Assembly (NCBI GenBank): GCA_964016885.1
Contig: OZ024744.1
Location: 43,896,001-43,960,000 of the forward strand
Direction: 5' to 3'
DNA: 64,000 bases
From: Eledone cirrhosa
Lineage: Eukaryota
The stretch's first letter is position 1; each line of letters starts with the position of its first letter. Positions 12,909-25,900 of the stretch are shown here, in pieces. Position numbers and translations under genes: made by a program. Below the pieces are notes generated by a model that ran no database searches, had not been told where the DNA came from, and saw nothing but the letters and a program-made list of their open reading frames with translations.

Positions 12909-14889
12909 TTACCTTACTTCTCGTAGGGGAAGGACGGTTTTTCCATCCTTTTCACTGCTTGTGGCCTCCTCCGGAAGGATGTCCTTATAAATCCTCGTGG
13001 AGAGTGCTTGTCGGAAGTCTCCGATGTCTTTGGGGAATTTATGTTTTAGTGTCATGTACGTTTTCTGTGTGTTGCGAGTGATTTGTATGTGTGGAGGTGG
13101 TGTGAATTTTGGGATTGTTGTGTAGTCTTTTTCTGTGTTGCTGGTGTTGTGTTGGATGTAGTGTAATAATTGCTTGTTGTTCAAATTTAATGCTGTGTAG
13201 TGTGTATCGTTTTGGTTGTTTTGTTTTGTTTGCGTTTGTTGTGGGTTTGTTTGTTTCGCATTTTGGTGACTTTTGTGGTGTAGGTGATGGTGGTGTTGGG
13301 GTTAATGATGGTGATGGTGTTGGTGTTTGGGTTGATGGGGTTGGTGATGCTGGTGTGGATGGTGGCATATCTGTCCTATCTGTTTTGTTTCTTAATTTAT
13401 TTGTTTCCCTCTGTATTTTGTTTTTGGAGGGGGAAGGAAGAGAATTTTTTCTTTTTTGGTTTCTTTTTTTTTTACCGGATATCGTTTCCCACTCCTCGTC
13501 GTCACAATCTGTCTCCAGTTGTGATAGGCCGGAGAGTGGAAAATCCTCCACAGCCGTTAGTTTTGGTTGTGGCGTGGTGGTTGGTGTAGGCGCTGGTGCT
13601 AGTTCTGAAGCGTTGGGTGGTGGTGGTGTTGGTTTTGCTGGTGGTGGTGGTGGTGTTGGTTTTGCTACTGTTGCTGGGGTTGTTGCTGTTATAGTTGCTT
13701 CTGTTGTTGCTGCTACAGTTGTTGCTGCCATCTCTGCTACTGGTGGTGTTGATGGTTGTGTCACTGGGGTGGGTAGGAGAGGTGGCCTCAACCTTTTAGC
13801 CTGAGGGCAGAAAGCCCTTAGGTGGGTTCCTTCACCACAAACGACACACCTAGGTCTTCTGCCCTCGACAATTACCGTGAGGTGGCTGCCGTCAGTGAGG
13901 TCTATTACCTCTGGGCTCTCCTCAATGCTTTTTTGGTCCGCTTGCATCAGGAGCTCCATCCCAGATCCGGACCAGTTCTCCTGCTTTTCTTTTGCTATTG
14001 CTATTATTTTCGTGTTGGCTTCGATGCCGGCGAGGACAGCCGCTATTAGCCAGGGAATTTCGATGGCCGGTGGAACGTGGGTCACCCTGATCTTTACGAG
14101 TCTCTGGCCACAATAGCTTGGGACGAGTGTGAAGTCGTCACTTCTTAATGGGGCCATGGAGTGTTCTCTAGCCTCCTCTGGTGTTTCAAAGAACACGTCC
14201 ACGGTTCCATACTTTTGCCCACGTCTGATGTCGGTTTTTCTTGCCCACACATGTCCCAAAGCTTTTGGGATTTGGGACTCGGATGCCCGTTCCACTCGGC
14301 GCGATTTTACATTTATTGTTCTATACGACACGCTGCATAAGCGCCGATGCTCCATTTTATTAGGTGGGGGGTGAGGCTGACCCTGTACCCATCTTTCTTT
14401 ACCATTTGTTTGGCATTTTCTAAATCCTCCTGAGTTACCGTAAATGCTTCGAACTGTTTTGCTACTCTGGCGAAACTGAGGGGGGTTTTATAATGTCATT
14501 GTTGTTGTTGTTGCTATCGTTAATATTAATTTTAGTTTCAGTTGTGGTGGTGGTGACGTCAGTCGTCTTTGGTGGGGAAGAGTCCATTTTGCTTGATTTC
14601 ATTTCGACATCACGAGTTAATTTATTTTTTTCTTCTTTTGTTTCTGTTGTCGCGGTGGTGGTGGTGGTGGTGGTTGTCGCGGTGGTGGTGGTGGTGGAGG
14701 CTTTAACACCTGCAGTCATTGGTAATGGCGGGAAATGAATGTCTGCCTGAGACAAATTTAAAATATTGTTAGTGCTTATATTTTTTTTGTGTTGGCAAAC
14801 GTAGTAACATTTAGAATGGTGGTGTCGGTGTGAGGTGTTAATTTGTGAGGAAGGCTTTCAGCTGCTTCGTGCAGAGGTGAATTAGCCAT
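12909..14889 (-). pseudogene. ORF1 of E3, frameshifted
   Basis: ATG GCT at 14889. Motifs KYGTVDVFFETPE, CCHC knuckle CVVCGEGTHLRAFC and C-terminal KFPKDIGDFR. Ends EVR*. Confidence 0.8.
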
Positions 14890-15097
14890 TTTTTTCAAAG
14901 AAATTTTTTTGATAATAATAAAAGTTTAAATTTTGGGCACAAGGCTCCAATCTTTTTGGGTGTCCTTTTCGGAAAACAATGTATGTGCGCTTATAAACAG
15001 TTAACAATAATATTTTCCATAAATGACAATTTTTAACAAACGGAAATAACAAACCTTTGCGGAGCTCACGATGATACGATTTACTACGTAGGTCGCC

Positions 15098-15147
<50 letters not shown>

Positions 15148-17855
15148 TTTCTTTATTGGCCACAAGGGCTGACATCAAGAAAAACATTACAGACGGCACA
15201 GGTCGGTACAGGACGGTACGATGTGGGTTTTGTGCGTGTAAATATTTTTATTATTTATATAAGAAAAGAAAAAGAAACATAGAAACATATATATATATAT
15301 CTATATAAACAATACAAATGAAAATTGAAACAATGAAAAATTCCCCAATAGCGGGGAAACATCAGAGGGTTACTGGTTTCGAAAACCACACAAAAGAGCA
15401 CGGCCACCCTGACCACCAGGGCAAGCGCCCTCTCTCAATTTTTCCATTTCTCAAACTACAGGCGTATATTCAGAGCGGTCCCGTTCACTCGGACCCTTCT
15501 CGCTACATTCACCCACCTTTCAACAAACTTGCTAGAAGGCAGCACTTGCCTCTCCACCCTTATTTTCCTCTTCAAATGAAACTTGAAAAAGTTAATTAGG
15601 GATTCGCCGAAGAGGAAGGTGTCTGTCTTTAACCCTTTCAACCTTGTCCACCACTCAATCTCTTTCGCCATGGCCACCAGGCAGATGAAAACCGTCTGCC
15701 CTTCCTCCTCGAAGGAAGACGGGGAGACCTCTGCACAATGGACTCAGTCGATAACCGGATCAGTCCTACACGCGACAGCAACTGTTCGACATAGCTCCAC
15801 AAGTCAGCAATGCTCGGGCACTGAACGAGTGTGTGCACGACGGTTTCGTCGCTCTGCGCGCATCTCGGACAGGCTCGGCTGACGGCACTTCCGTGCCTGG
15901 AGAGCTTATCTCGACCGGCAACGCTTCCCGGTAGCACTGCCAGGCCAGGGATTTTTGGAAGTTATCCATAGGCCTTGGGCTGAAAGTTCTCCGGAAGAGA
16001 GCAAACAGCTGATCTTCTTCGACGCTCAGGATCTCTCCGAGAACGTCGTCGCTCTTCCCCTACACTATCCTCTATAGAACGCCGAGGTTGATGTTCAACC
16101 GATACTGGTGCCTAGCTGGCAGAGGTCGGTGAGCGCCTGGAGACATTCCAGTTTCCAAGCGCTATCTCTCGGTCTTTTCCTGACCCAGGACTGCAGTTCC
16201 GTCAAGGAGACGAGCTGTGGGAAAACGTGCCTGGCGAACGGCGACCACACCTGTTTACCGTCAAGGAAGCACCAGAGATGTCGCAGCCTCAACGCATGTT
16301 GCATCATCAGCCATGGCATGCCCAGTCCTCCACGCAACGTGTGTTGACAGAAGATGGATCGTCTGACCATGGGAGCGTGTCCCTTCCACAAAAAGCGGAA
16401 GAGGAGGCGCTCCATTTTGGTGAGAGTTGGGCCGGGGCAAGGGACGACGATGAGGCGGTAGCAGATGACGGATGCGATGTACGCATTCGCCACCTCTGCC
16501 CGGCCTTTCAGTGACAGCTTCCTCTCGGCCCATTTCTGGGTGAGGGAGGCGACCCTGATCATCACCTCGCTCCAGTTTTTCTCCATCTGGAGGTCTGGTC
16601 CGAAGCAGACCTCGAGCAATTTACCGGTCCGTCCGTCCAACGCCCCATGACGCTGTCGGACGGCATGGACCTGCCTCTGCAGGTGCCGAGCTGCAAGCCC
16701 AGCGACTTTTCCTGGTTTATCTTTGCTCCTGTCACTGCTTCGTATTCCTTGAGAGCGGTGCCGATCATCTGGACGTGTCTGGTGCTCCAAACCCCCACGG
16801 TGATGTCGTCGGCGTAAGCCGACTCAGATTTCTCGCATCCTAGTTCAGATGGGAAGCCCCTCGTCGCCCGCAGTTTGTGCAGTAACGGCTCGAGAGCCAA
16901 TACGTACAAGAGGGACGAGAGGGGACAACCCTGATGGACCGAGCGCATGATGCTGAACGGCTGCGACAGGTGACTGTTCACCCTCACAACTGAGCAGATG
17001 TCGCTGTATATCGCAGCGATCTAACCCCTGAAAACGGATCCGAAACCGGCTGTCTCGAGTACCGCCGCCAGGTATCTATGGTCGACCCTATCGAATGCTT
17101 TGGATCGATCCAAGTTGATCAGGGTTCTACCCGTGCCAGGTTCCTTAACCGCCCTCTTTTTTTACTGTATCGCATGAGGTGGAGGTTGTCGTGTATGGAT
17201 TTGTCCGAAATGACGCATGTCTGCGCCTATCCCATCAGACCCTTGACGACAAGCACCAACCTTGTTGCTAACACATTGGCCAAAATCTTGAACTCTGCTT
17301 GGAAGGGTTATGCGCCTGAAGTTATCGATAATATCCCCTTGTTCGGGTCTTTTCTCAGCAGCGCCAACGCTCCCCGGCTCACAAAACGGCTCACCTCCGT
17401 TCTGCTTCCAGTTGCAGTAGAAGTCTACCAAGAGGTCACCGAACAAATCTGGCATAAATGCATAAAGCTCGTAGAGCAGACCATCCAAACCTGGCGATTT
17501 ACCCCTCGTGCAGTTAGCCATCGCTTCCCGTATTTCACCGGCTGTTATTGGCTTTTCGCAACACTGTGCTGCGGTCGTCGAGAGTCGAGGCAGTCTATCG
17601 AGGTATGCACTGAAGTCCATACCCCGAACCGGCCCGCCGCTGTTCCTAATCCTTTGCTAAACCTAATCGACTCTACTTTAATTGCCCTTTTCAGGGCGAA
17701 ACAACGGGTGGTGTTTACGACCGCTCCCATCAAAGCCCACTTAACTAATACGTTAATCCAGTCTCTGTAGGCTTTGTGCGCCGGGAAAGACGCGTTCAGT
17801 TCCAGTAACCGGGTCCTTGTCAATGCAATCTGTCTATGTCGATCTCACAGATCAT
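15098..17855 (-). mobile_element. LINE copy E4: older subfamily, degenerate and 5'-truncated
   Basis: (AAT)n tail at 15098-15144. Frameshifted RT fragments (KSPGLDG, QGCPLS, AYADD) with many indels. Confidence 0.85.
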
Positions 17856-18011
17856 AAGGCCAGCAATTACTGGTACTTTATTTTATCGATCCCGTAAGGA
17901 TGAAAGGCAAAGTTAACCTCGGCGTGATTTGAACTCAGACCATAAAGGGCTTTAACTCTTTGCTGCAAATCATGGCGTCCGACCCTCTACCGTATTCTGC
18001 CAATCCATCGC
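17856..18011 (-). mobile_element. tRNA-derived SINE, minus strand
   Basis: Reverse complement of the SINE at 18110 (GCCTTTCATCCTTACGGG...GATAAAATAAAGTACCAGT, B box GAGTTCAAATC). Confidence 0.85.
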
Positions 18012-21000
18012 TCTTTATTGGCCACAAGGGCTGACATCAAGAAAATCATTACAGACGGCACAGGACGGTACGATGTGAGTTTTGTGCGTGTAAACATTAT
18101 TTATATAAGGGCGGTGAATTGGCAGTATCGGTAGAGGGTTGGACGCCATGCTTTCTAGCGTAATTACGTCCCTTTACATTCTGAGTTCAAATCCCGCCGA
18201 AGTTAATTTTGCCTTTCATCCTTACGGGGTCGATAAAATAAAGTACCAGTAATGTACTGGGTAATTTGCTGGCCTTGTGCCTAAAAGTAGAAACAATTAT
18301 TTATATAAGAAAAGAAAAAAATACATATAAAATATCTCTATATAAACAATAAAAATGAAAATTCAAACAATGAAAAATTCCCCATTAGGGGGGAAACATT
18401 CGAGGGTTACTCGTGGCGAAAACCACACAAAAGACCACAGCCACCCTGACCACCGGGGCAAGCACACTCTCTCAATTTTTCCATTCCTCAAACTACAAGC
18501 GTATATTCAGAGCGGTCCCGTTCACTCGACCATTCTCGCTACATTCACCCTCCTTTCAACAAACTTGCTAGAAGGCAGCACTTGCCTCTCCACCCTGATT
18601 TTCCCCTTCAATGAAACTTGAAAACGCACTTCCGTGCCTGTAGAGCTTATCTCGAACCGGCAGCGCTCCCCGGTAGCACTGCCAGGCCCTCTACTAGTCT
18701 TATACAGAACGCCGAGGTGGATGTTCCACCGATACTGGTGCCCAGCTGGCAGAGGGCGGTGAGCGCCTGGAGACATTCCAGTTTCCAAGCGCTATCCCTC
18801 CATCTTTTCCTGACCCAGGATTGCAGCTCCGTCAAGAAGACGAGCTGTGGGAAAACGTGCCTGGCGAACGGCGACCACACCTGTTCACCATCAAGGAAGC
18901 ACCAGAGATGTCGCAGCCTCAGCGTATGTTTGCGCATCATCAGCCATGGCAGGCCCAGTCGTTCACGCAACGGGTGTTGACAGAAGATGGATCGTCTGAC
19001 GAGGGGAGCGCGTCCCTTCCACAAAAAGCGGAAGAGGAGGTGCTCCATTTTGGTGAGAGTTGGGCCGGGGCAAGGGACGACGGTCAGGCGGTAGCGGGTG
19101 ACGGATTTGATGTACGCATTCGCCACCTCCGCCCGGCCTTTCAGGGACAGCTTCCTCTCGGTCCATTTCTGGGTGAGGGAGGCGAACCCGCTCGTCACCA
19201 CACTCCAGTTTTTCTCCATCTGGAGGTCCGGTCCGAACCAGACCCCGAACAATTTAATCGGTCCGTCCGTCCAACGCCCCACGACGCTGTCGGACGGCAT
19301 GGACTTGCCTCTCCAGGTGCCGAGCTGCAAGCCCACCGACTTTTCCTGGTTTATCTTTGCACCCATCACCGCTTCGTATTACTTGAGAGCGGTGCTAGCA
19401 TGTGGACGTGTCTGGTGCTCGACACCATCACGGTGACGTCGTCGGCGTAAGCCGATACGGATTTCCCGCATTCTAGTTCGCGTGGGACGCCCCTCATCAT
19501 TTGTGCAGTAACGGCTCGAGAGCCAATACGTACAAGAGGGACGAGAGGGGACAATTCTGGCGGAGCGAGCGCATGATCCTGAGCGGCTGCGACAGGTGAC
19601 CGTTCACCCTCACAACCGAGAAGATGTCGCTGTACATCGCAGCGATCCAACCCCTGAAAACGGGCCCGAAACCGGCTTCCTCGAGGACCGCCGCCAGGTA
19701 CCGATGGTCGACCCTATCGAATGCTTTGGATCCAAGTTGATCAGGGCCCCACCCGTGCCAGGTTCCTTAACCACCCTCTCTACGATGTATCGCATGAGAT
19801 GGAGGATGCCGTGTATGGATCTGTCTGGAATGGCGCATGTCTGCGCCTCTCCCGCCAGATCCTCGACGACAAGGGCCAACCTCGTTGCTAACACCCTGGC
19901 CAAAATCTTGAACTCTGCGTTTAGCAGAGTTATGGGCCTGAAGTTATCGATAGCTCTGACAACACAGCCTTCGTGTTTTTCGTTGAAGAATTGGTCGAGT
20001 GCCAATCTCGCCGCAAGCACGTCGGTTGCGATGCCTGTCTAAACGCCTCTTCTAGCTTTCTGACTACCTCTCCCACTACTCTATTTTCCTCTATCGCTAC
20101 TCCTTTGTTAAACCTAATCGACTCTACTTTAATTGCCCTTTTCAGGGCAAACCACCACCTGTTGTTGACGACCGCTCCCATCAAAGCCCGCTTAACTAAT
20201 ACGCTAATCCGGGCTCTAGACTTTGCGCGCCGGAAAAGACGCGTTCAGCCTCCAGTAACCAGGTCCTTGCCTATGAAGTCTATCTAAATCGACTTCACAG
20301 ATCACAAATCTGGGGTCCGAGTAGCCGACTACTTTAAATTGTGGACAACTTATACTAGCCTGTTTCCCTACACAATACCCTATCTAGATACGATCTGGAT
20401 GACCCGATGCGGTTTGCCCATGTCCACATTGGCATATTCGGATAATCCAGTCGATACCTGTCAGACAGTTGAAAACGTCTGAGCAGGTTGGTGAGGATTT
20501 TGCATCCTCCTCCTTTATTTACTAGCCCCACACAATCCCAGCGTGTATCTAAGATACCGTTCCAGTCACCCAGAAAGTTCTCTAGACGTCTGAAGAAATC
20601 TGGCCGTCCTATCCCTGCTGGGGAGTAGACGGCTACTAGCCTGAAAGCATTGTCTTCGCTGCCAGTCACGTCCAGCACCACCGACTTACCTTCTGGGTCC
20701 AGGAAGATGGATTGTATGGCAAGACCCAAACCTTTCCGTCTCTTTGGTTAGTCATGGGTGTCTCCAAGATAATGTCGGTGTATATCCTCTTAGTAACCGA
20801 ACCTCTGAAGTCTCCAACTGCGTTGGGGAATTTTTCTTCTAAATCTTGATAATGTATTTTAATTTCAATTATGTTTATAATGTTTGGTAATGTTCTTGGT
20901 GTTGGTGGGGTGTAGTATTTTTTGTCTGTAACGTCTGTGGGCTGCTTTATATGTTCTAAGAGTTCGTTATTTGCCATGTTTATGGCTGTGTAATGTTTTT

Positions 21001-21900
21001 TTTAGGGGGATTGGTTGCTGTTTTCTTGTTGCTGCTGTTGGGTATGTGTGCTTTGTTATGTTTGCGATGTTGGTGTTTGTTGTGATGCTGGTGGTGGCGT
21101 TGCTTCGAGTCGCTTTGCAGCCTTTACCCCTCTTTGTTTGCCCTCGCTTTTGGAGGGCGAAGCTAAGTGGTTCTTTCTTTTTTGTTTTTGTGGCGCATCT
21201 TTTGCCACTTCACTCCCGTCTGACACTCCAAGTCGGATTCCGTGGCGTCTGGGATGGGTATGTGCTCCACGGCTGTTGGTGATGGTAGTATAGCCCTCTC
21301 TGGCGATTTTGTTGCTGGTGCAGCTACTTCAAATGTAGTTACTGGTGTTGCCGCCACTGCTGCTGATGTTTTAGTTGTCCGTGGCCTTGGTATAGGTGCC
21401 ACGGACGTTGCGCTCCTACTCACCGTGGAAGGGTCTGCTGCCTTTGTTACCTATCCTGCTCTTGGTCGCAGTGGACCAGGCGTCGGAAGGAGCGGGGCCT
21501 TCTTCTTCGTTTTCTTTTGCGGGCAAAATACCCCGAGGTGACCCACGGAGATAGCAATTTGGGCGCCTTCCTTCCATGCTTATAGGAAGTTGGAGTCCTT
21601 TCTCGAGGTCTATGATATCCAGGATAGCCTCGATACACTCCTCGTCGGTTTGTATTAGCATTTGCATCCCTATACCTGACCAGTTCTTTCTCCCTATTCT
21701 CTGTACTTGCAGCGTGGTCGTCCTGTCCTTGATTCCAGCAAGAACAGACGCGGCCAACCAAGGTATGGGAACGTCAGGCGAGACCTGGGTCACTTTGACC
21801 CTCACAATTTTCTGCCCGCGGTAGGAGGGCACCAAGACTATCTCCTCACTCTTTAGGGTAACCAAAGATTGAGACTTCGCTTCTTGGTGGGTGACAAAAA
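18012..21900 (-). mobile_element. LINE copy E5: degenerate, with several internal deletions and a type-A-related ORF1 remnant at ~20730-21900
   Basis: 3' UTR matches E4. RT, APE and ORF1 fragments (VPSYRGQKIVRVK, KFPNAVGDFR). Confidence 0.85.
18110..18295 (+). mobile_element. tRNA-derived SINE (octopod type, Meta/MESC-like central domain) with a 14-bp TSD, inserted in the E5 3' UTR
   Basis: A box TGGCAGTATCGG and B box GAGTTCAAATCCC. TSD ATTATTTATATAAG at 18096-18109 and 18296-18309. The paralogous site in E4 (~15250) is empty. Confidence 0.9.
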
Positions 21901-22088
21901 TTAACGCACGTCGCTATAACCTTTCACTATCCCCTTCCTTCCTCAATCATTACATAGATGTGTGTGTTTGTGTGTGTATTTACACTTCTGTTGTCTGTTT
22001 ATGTATTTATGTGTAGATGTGTGTGTATGTAACTAAAGCGTACCGTCCATCACGAATGGACTAAACACACTCGTATTATATTCTTAGA

Positions 22089-22275
22089 GGGCGGTGGATT
22101 GGCAGTAATGGTAGAGGGTCGGACGCCATGCTTTGATGTATAGAGTTACGGCCCTTGCCTTTCTGAGTTCAAATCCCGCCAAGGTTAACTTTTCCTTTCA
22201 TCCTTACGGGGTCGATAAAATAAAGTACCAGTAATGCACTGGGTATTTGCTGGCCTTGTGCCTAACGTAGAAACA
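22089..22275 (+). mobile_element. tRNA-derived SINE with a 14-bp TSD
   Basis: A and B boxes present. TSD ATTATATTCTTAGA at 22075-22088 and 22276-22289. Confidence 0.9.
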
Positions 22276-22290
22276 ATTATATTCTTAGAC

Positions 22291-22445
22291 ATATGCTTTG
22301 CAGCATAGAGTTATGATCCTTTACGTTCTGAGTTCAAATCCCGCCGAGGTTAACTTTGCCTTTAATACTTACAGGGTCGATAAAATAAAGTACCAGTAAT
22401 GTACTGGGATAATTGCTCGCCTTGTGCCAAAAGTAGAGACAATTA
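22291..22445 (+). mobile_element. 5'-truncated SINE of the same family
   Basis: B box, GGGTCGATAAAATAAAGTACCAGT core and 3' end present. Confidence 0.8.
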
Positions 22446-22645
22446 TATTATGATTCTTCTTCTTGATATATCCTTAGCTTTGAGTGTTTTGTTTAGAACA
22501 ATTGTTGGCGGTCTTAATTGCATTACCAGTCCTCCTACCCACCTCATCTTCCTAACTTCTCTCCCCTCTTACTCTAGATACTACTACTTCTGCTAGCACT
22601 ACAACCATCACTGTTAATACTACTACTACTACCACTATTTTGCAG

Positions 22646-22773
22646 AGAGGGAAACATTGACAAAATCATTGTCAACATTGGAAGTAACAAAAAATACGAA
22701 TATGGCAAACAGACAAGAACTGTGAAGACATTTATAAAACACGCTAATTTCATTTGGTCTGATTATCTAATTA
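22646..22773 (+). CDS. Internal exon of a trypsin-like S1 serine protease (segment between the catalytic His and Asp)
   Basis: Acceptor ttttgcag, donor gtaagt, phase 2 to phase 1. Encodes EGNIDKIIVNIGSNKKYEYGKQTRTVKTFIKHANFIWSDYLI, which fits the S1 pattern V..G.......Q...V...I.H..F. Splices in frame to the 45363 exon. Confidence 0.8.
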
Positions 22774-22909
22774 GTAAGTATTTAATTCAGTAGCGCAGCT
22801 CTTCTTCTTCTTATTATTATTATTATGGTGCTGTTACTGTTTAAATAGAAGGAATAGACCATCGGTTATTCGCCCCTGACTGACTGTTTATGTATCATAT
22901 ACACTTGCC

Positions 22910-25900
22910 CTAGTATTACACCATCTGTTAGTTAACAATACTGGTATTACACCATATGTTAGTTAACAATACTGGTATTACACCATATGTTAGCTACCAA
23001 CACTATGACTACACCATCTGTTAGTTACCAATATTAGTATTGCACCATCTGATAGCTACCAATACTAGTATTACACCATCTGTTAGTTAACAATACTGGT
23101 ATAACACCATATGTTAGTTAACAATACTGGTATTACACCATATGTTAGCTACCAACACTATTACTACACCATCTGTTAGTTAGAATACTTGTATTACACC
23201 ATCTGTTAGTTACCAATATTACTATTACACAATCTGTTAGATACCAATACTAGTATTACACACTCTGTTAGTTACCAATACTAGTATTACACCATATGTT
23301 AGTTACCAATACTAGTACTACACCATATTTTAGCTACCAATATTAGTACTACACCATCTGTTAGTTACCAATACTAGTACTACACCTGTTGTTAGTTACT
23401 AATACTAGTATTACACCGTCTGTTACTTAGAATACTAGCATTACACCATCTGTTAGTTACCAATACAAACATTAAAACATTTTTAGTTACTATTAAACCA
23501 TCTTTTAGTTACTAGTTACTAAAACTAGTATTACACAATATGTTAGTTACCAATACTAGTACTACACCATATTGTTAGTTACCAATACTAGTTCTACACC
23601 ATCTGTTAGTAAACAATACTAGTACTACACCATCTGTTATTACCAATACGAGTAATATACAATTTGTTAGTTACCAATATTAGTATTACACCAGCTGTTA
23701 CTTAGAATAATAGTATTAAACCAACTGTTAATTACCAATATTAATATTACACGATTTGTTAGTTACCAATACTAGAATTACACAATCTCGTAGTTACCAA
23801 TATTAGTATAACACCATCTGTTAGTTACCAATACTAGTATTACACAGTATGTTAATTAGAATACTAGTATTACTCCATTTGTTACTTACCAAAACTAGCA
23901 TTACACCATTTGTTAGTTACCAATACTAGCATTACACCATCTGTTACTTAGAATAAGAGTATTACACCATCTGTTACTTACCAATATTAATAATATACCA
24001 TTTCTCAGTTACCAATGCTAGTATGACTCCATCTGTTAGTTAACAATATTAGTATTACAGTACCTGTTAATTACCAATACAAGTATTACAGCATTTGTTA
24101 GTTACCAATACTATTACTACACCATCTGTTAGATACCAATACTAGCATGAGACCATCTGTTAGTTACCAATACTAGTATTACACTATCTGTCAGTTACCA
24201 ATACTAACAGTACACCATCTGTTAGTTACCAATATTAGTATTACACCATCTGTTAGTTAGAATACTAGTATTACACCATCTGTTAGTTAACAATACTGGC
24301 ATTACACCATCTGTTAGTTACCAATACTAATATTCCACCATCCGTTAGTTACCAATACTAGTACAACACCATCTGTTAGTTACCAGTACTAGTATTACAG
24401 CATCTGTTAGTTACTAATACTAGTATTACATCATCTGTTAGCTACCAATACAAGTATTACACAATCTGTTAGTTACTAATATTAGAATTACAGCACCTGT
24501 TAGTTACCAAAACTAGTATTACACCATCTATTAGTTACCAATACAGGTACTACACTCTGTTAGTTAACAATGATAGTATTACACCATCTGTTAGTTACCA
24601 ATATTAGTATTACACCATCTTTTATTTAGAATACTAGTATTACACCATCTGTTAGTTAGAATACTAGTATTACACCATCTGTTAGTTAAAAATACTGGCA
24701 TTACATCATCTGTTAGTTACCAATACTAATATTACACAATCTGTTAGTAACCAATACTAGCATTTCATTATCTGTTAGTTACTAATACTAATAGTACACC
24801 ATCTGTTAGTTACTAATACTAGTACTTCACCATTTGTTAGTTTCCAATAGATGTATTACACCATCTGTTATTTATAATACTAGTATTACACCATCTGTTA
24901 CTTACCATATTACTATTACACAATTTGTTAGTTACTAATACCAGTATTAAACCATCTGTTTGTTACCAATACTAGTATTACACCATCTGTTAGTTAGAAT
25001 ACTAGTATTTCACCTTCTGTTAGTTACTAATATTAGTATTACACCATCAGTTAGTTACCACTACTAGTATTACACCATCTGTTAGTTACCAATAACAGTA
25101 TTACACCATCTGTCAGTAAACAATACTAGTATTACACCATCTATTACTTACCAATATTAGTATTACAGCGTCAGTTAGTTACCAATACTAGTACTACACC
25201 ATCCTTTAGCTAGCAATACTACTATTACACCATGTGTTAGTAAGAATACTAGTATTACACCATTTTGTTAGATACCAATACTAGCACTACTCCATCTGTT
25301 AGTTACCAATAATAATAGTGCACCATCTGTTAGTTACCAATACTGTTATTAACCCCTCTGTTAATTAGAATACTAGTATTACTCCAATTGTCATTTACCT
25401 ATACTAGCATTACAACATCTTTTAGTTACAAATATTAGTATTAAACCAACTGTTAGTTACCAATACTAATATTACACCATCTATTAGTTACCAGTAGTAG
25501 CTTTACACTATCTTTAGTTATCAATACTACTACTACACCATTTGTTAGTTACCAATACTAGTACTACACCATTTTGTTAATTACCAGTACTAGTTCTACA
25601 CCATCTGTTAGTAAACAATACTAGTATTACACCATCTGTTAGTTACCTATACTAGCATTACACCATCTGTTAGTTACCAATATCAGGACTACACCATCTC
25701 TTACTTACCATCACTAGAACTACACTATCTGTTAGTTACCAATATTAGTATTACACCATTTGTTAGTTACCAATATTAGTATTACACCATTTGTTAGTTA
25801 CCAATATTAGTATTACACCATCTCTTACTTAGAATAATAGTATTACCCCAACTATTAATTAGCAATATTAATTTTACACCATTTGTTAGTTACTAATACT

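Larger units (their letters stand above)
9182..15097 (-). mobile_element. Full-length LINE copy E3 (type C 5'/ORF1)
   Basis: (AAT)10 tail at 9182-9211. ORF2 is nearly identical to that of E2, while ORF1 and the 5' UTR are highly divergent from E2. Confidence 0.9.

Noticed and set aside
18110-18200. tRNA gene
   Set aside because: The A and B boxes belong to a SINE head. There is no full cloverleaf, and the sequence continues into the SINE body with TSDs.
46-21824. Plus-strand ORFs over the LINEs
   Set aside because: Antisense shadows of GC-rich or low-complexity LINE coding sequence.
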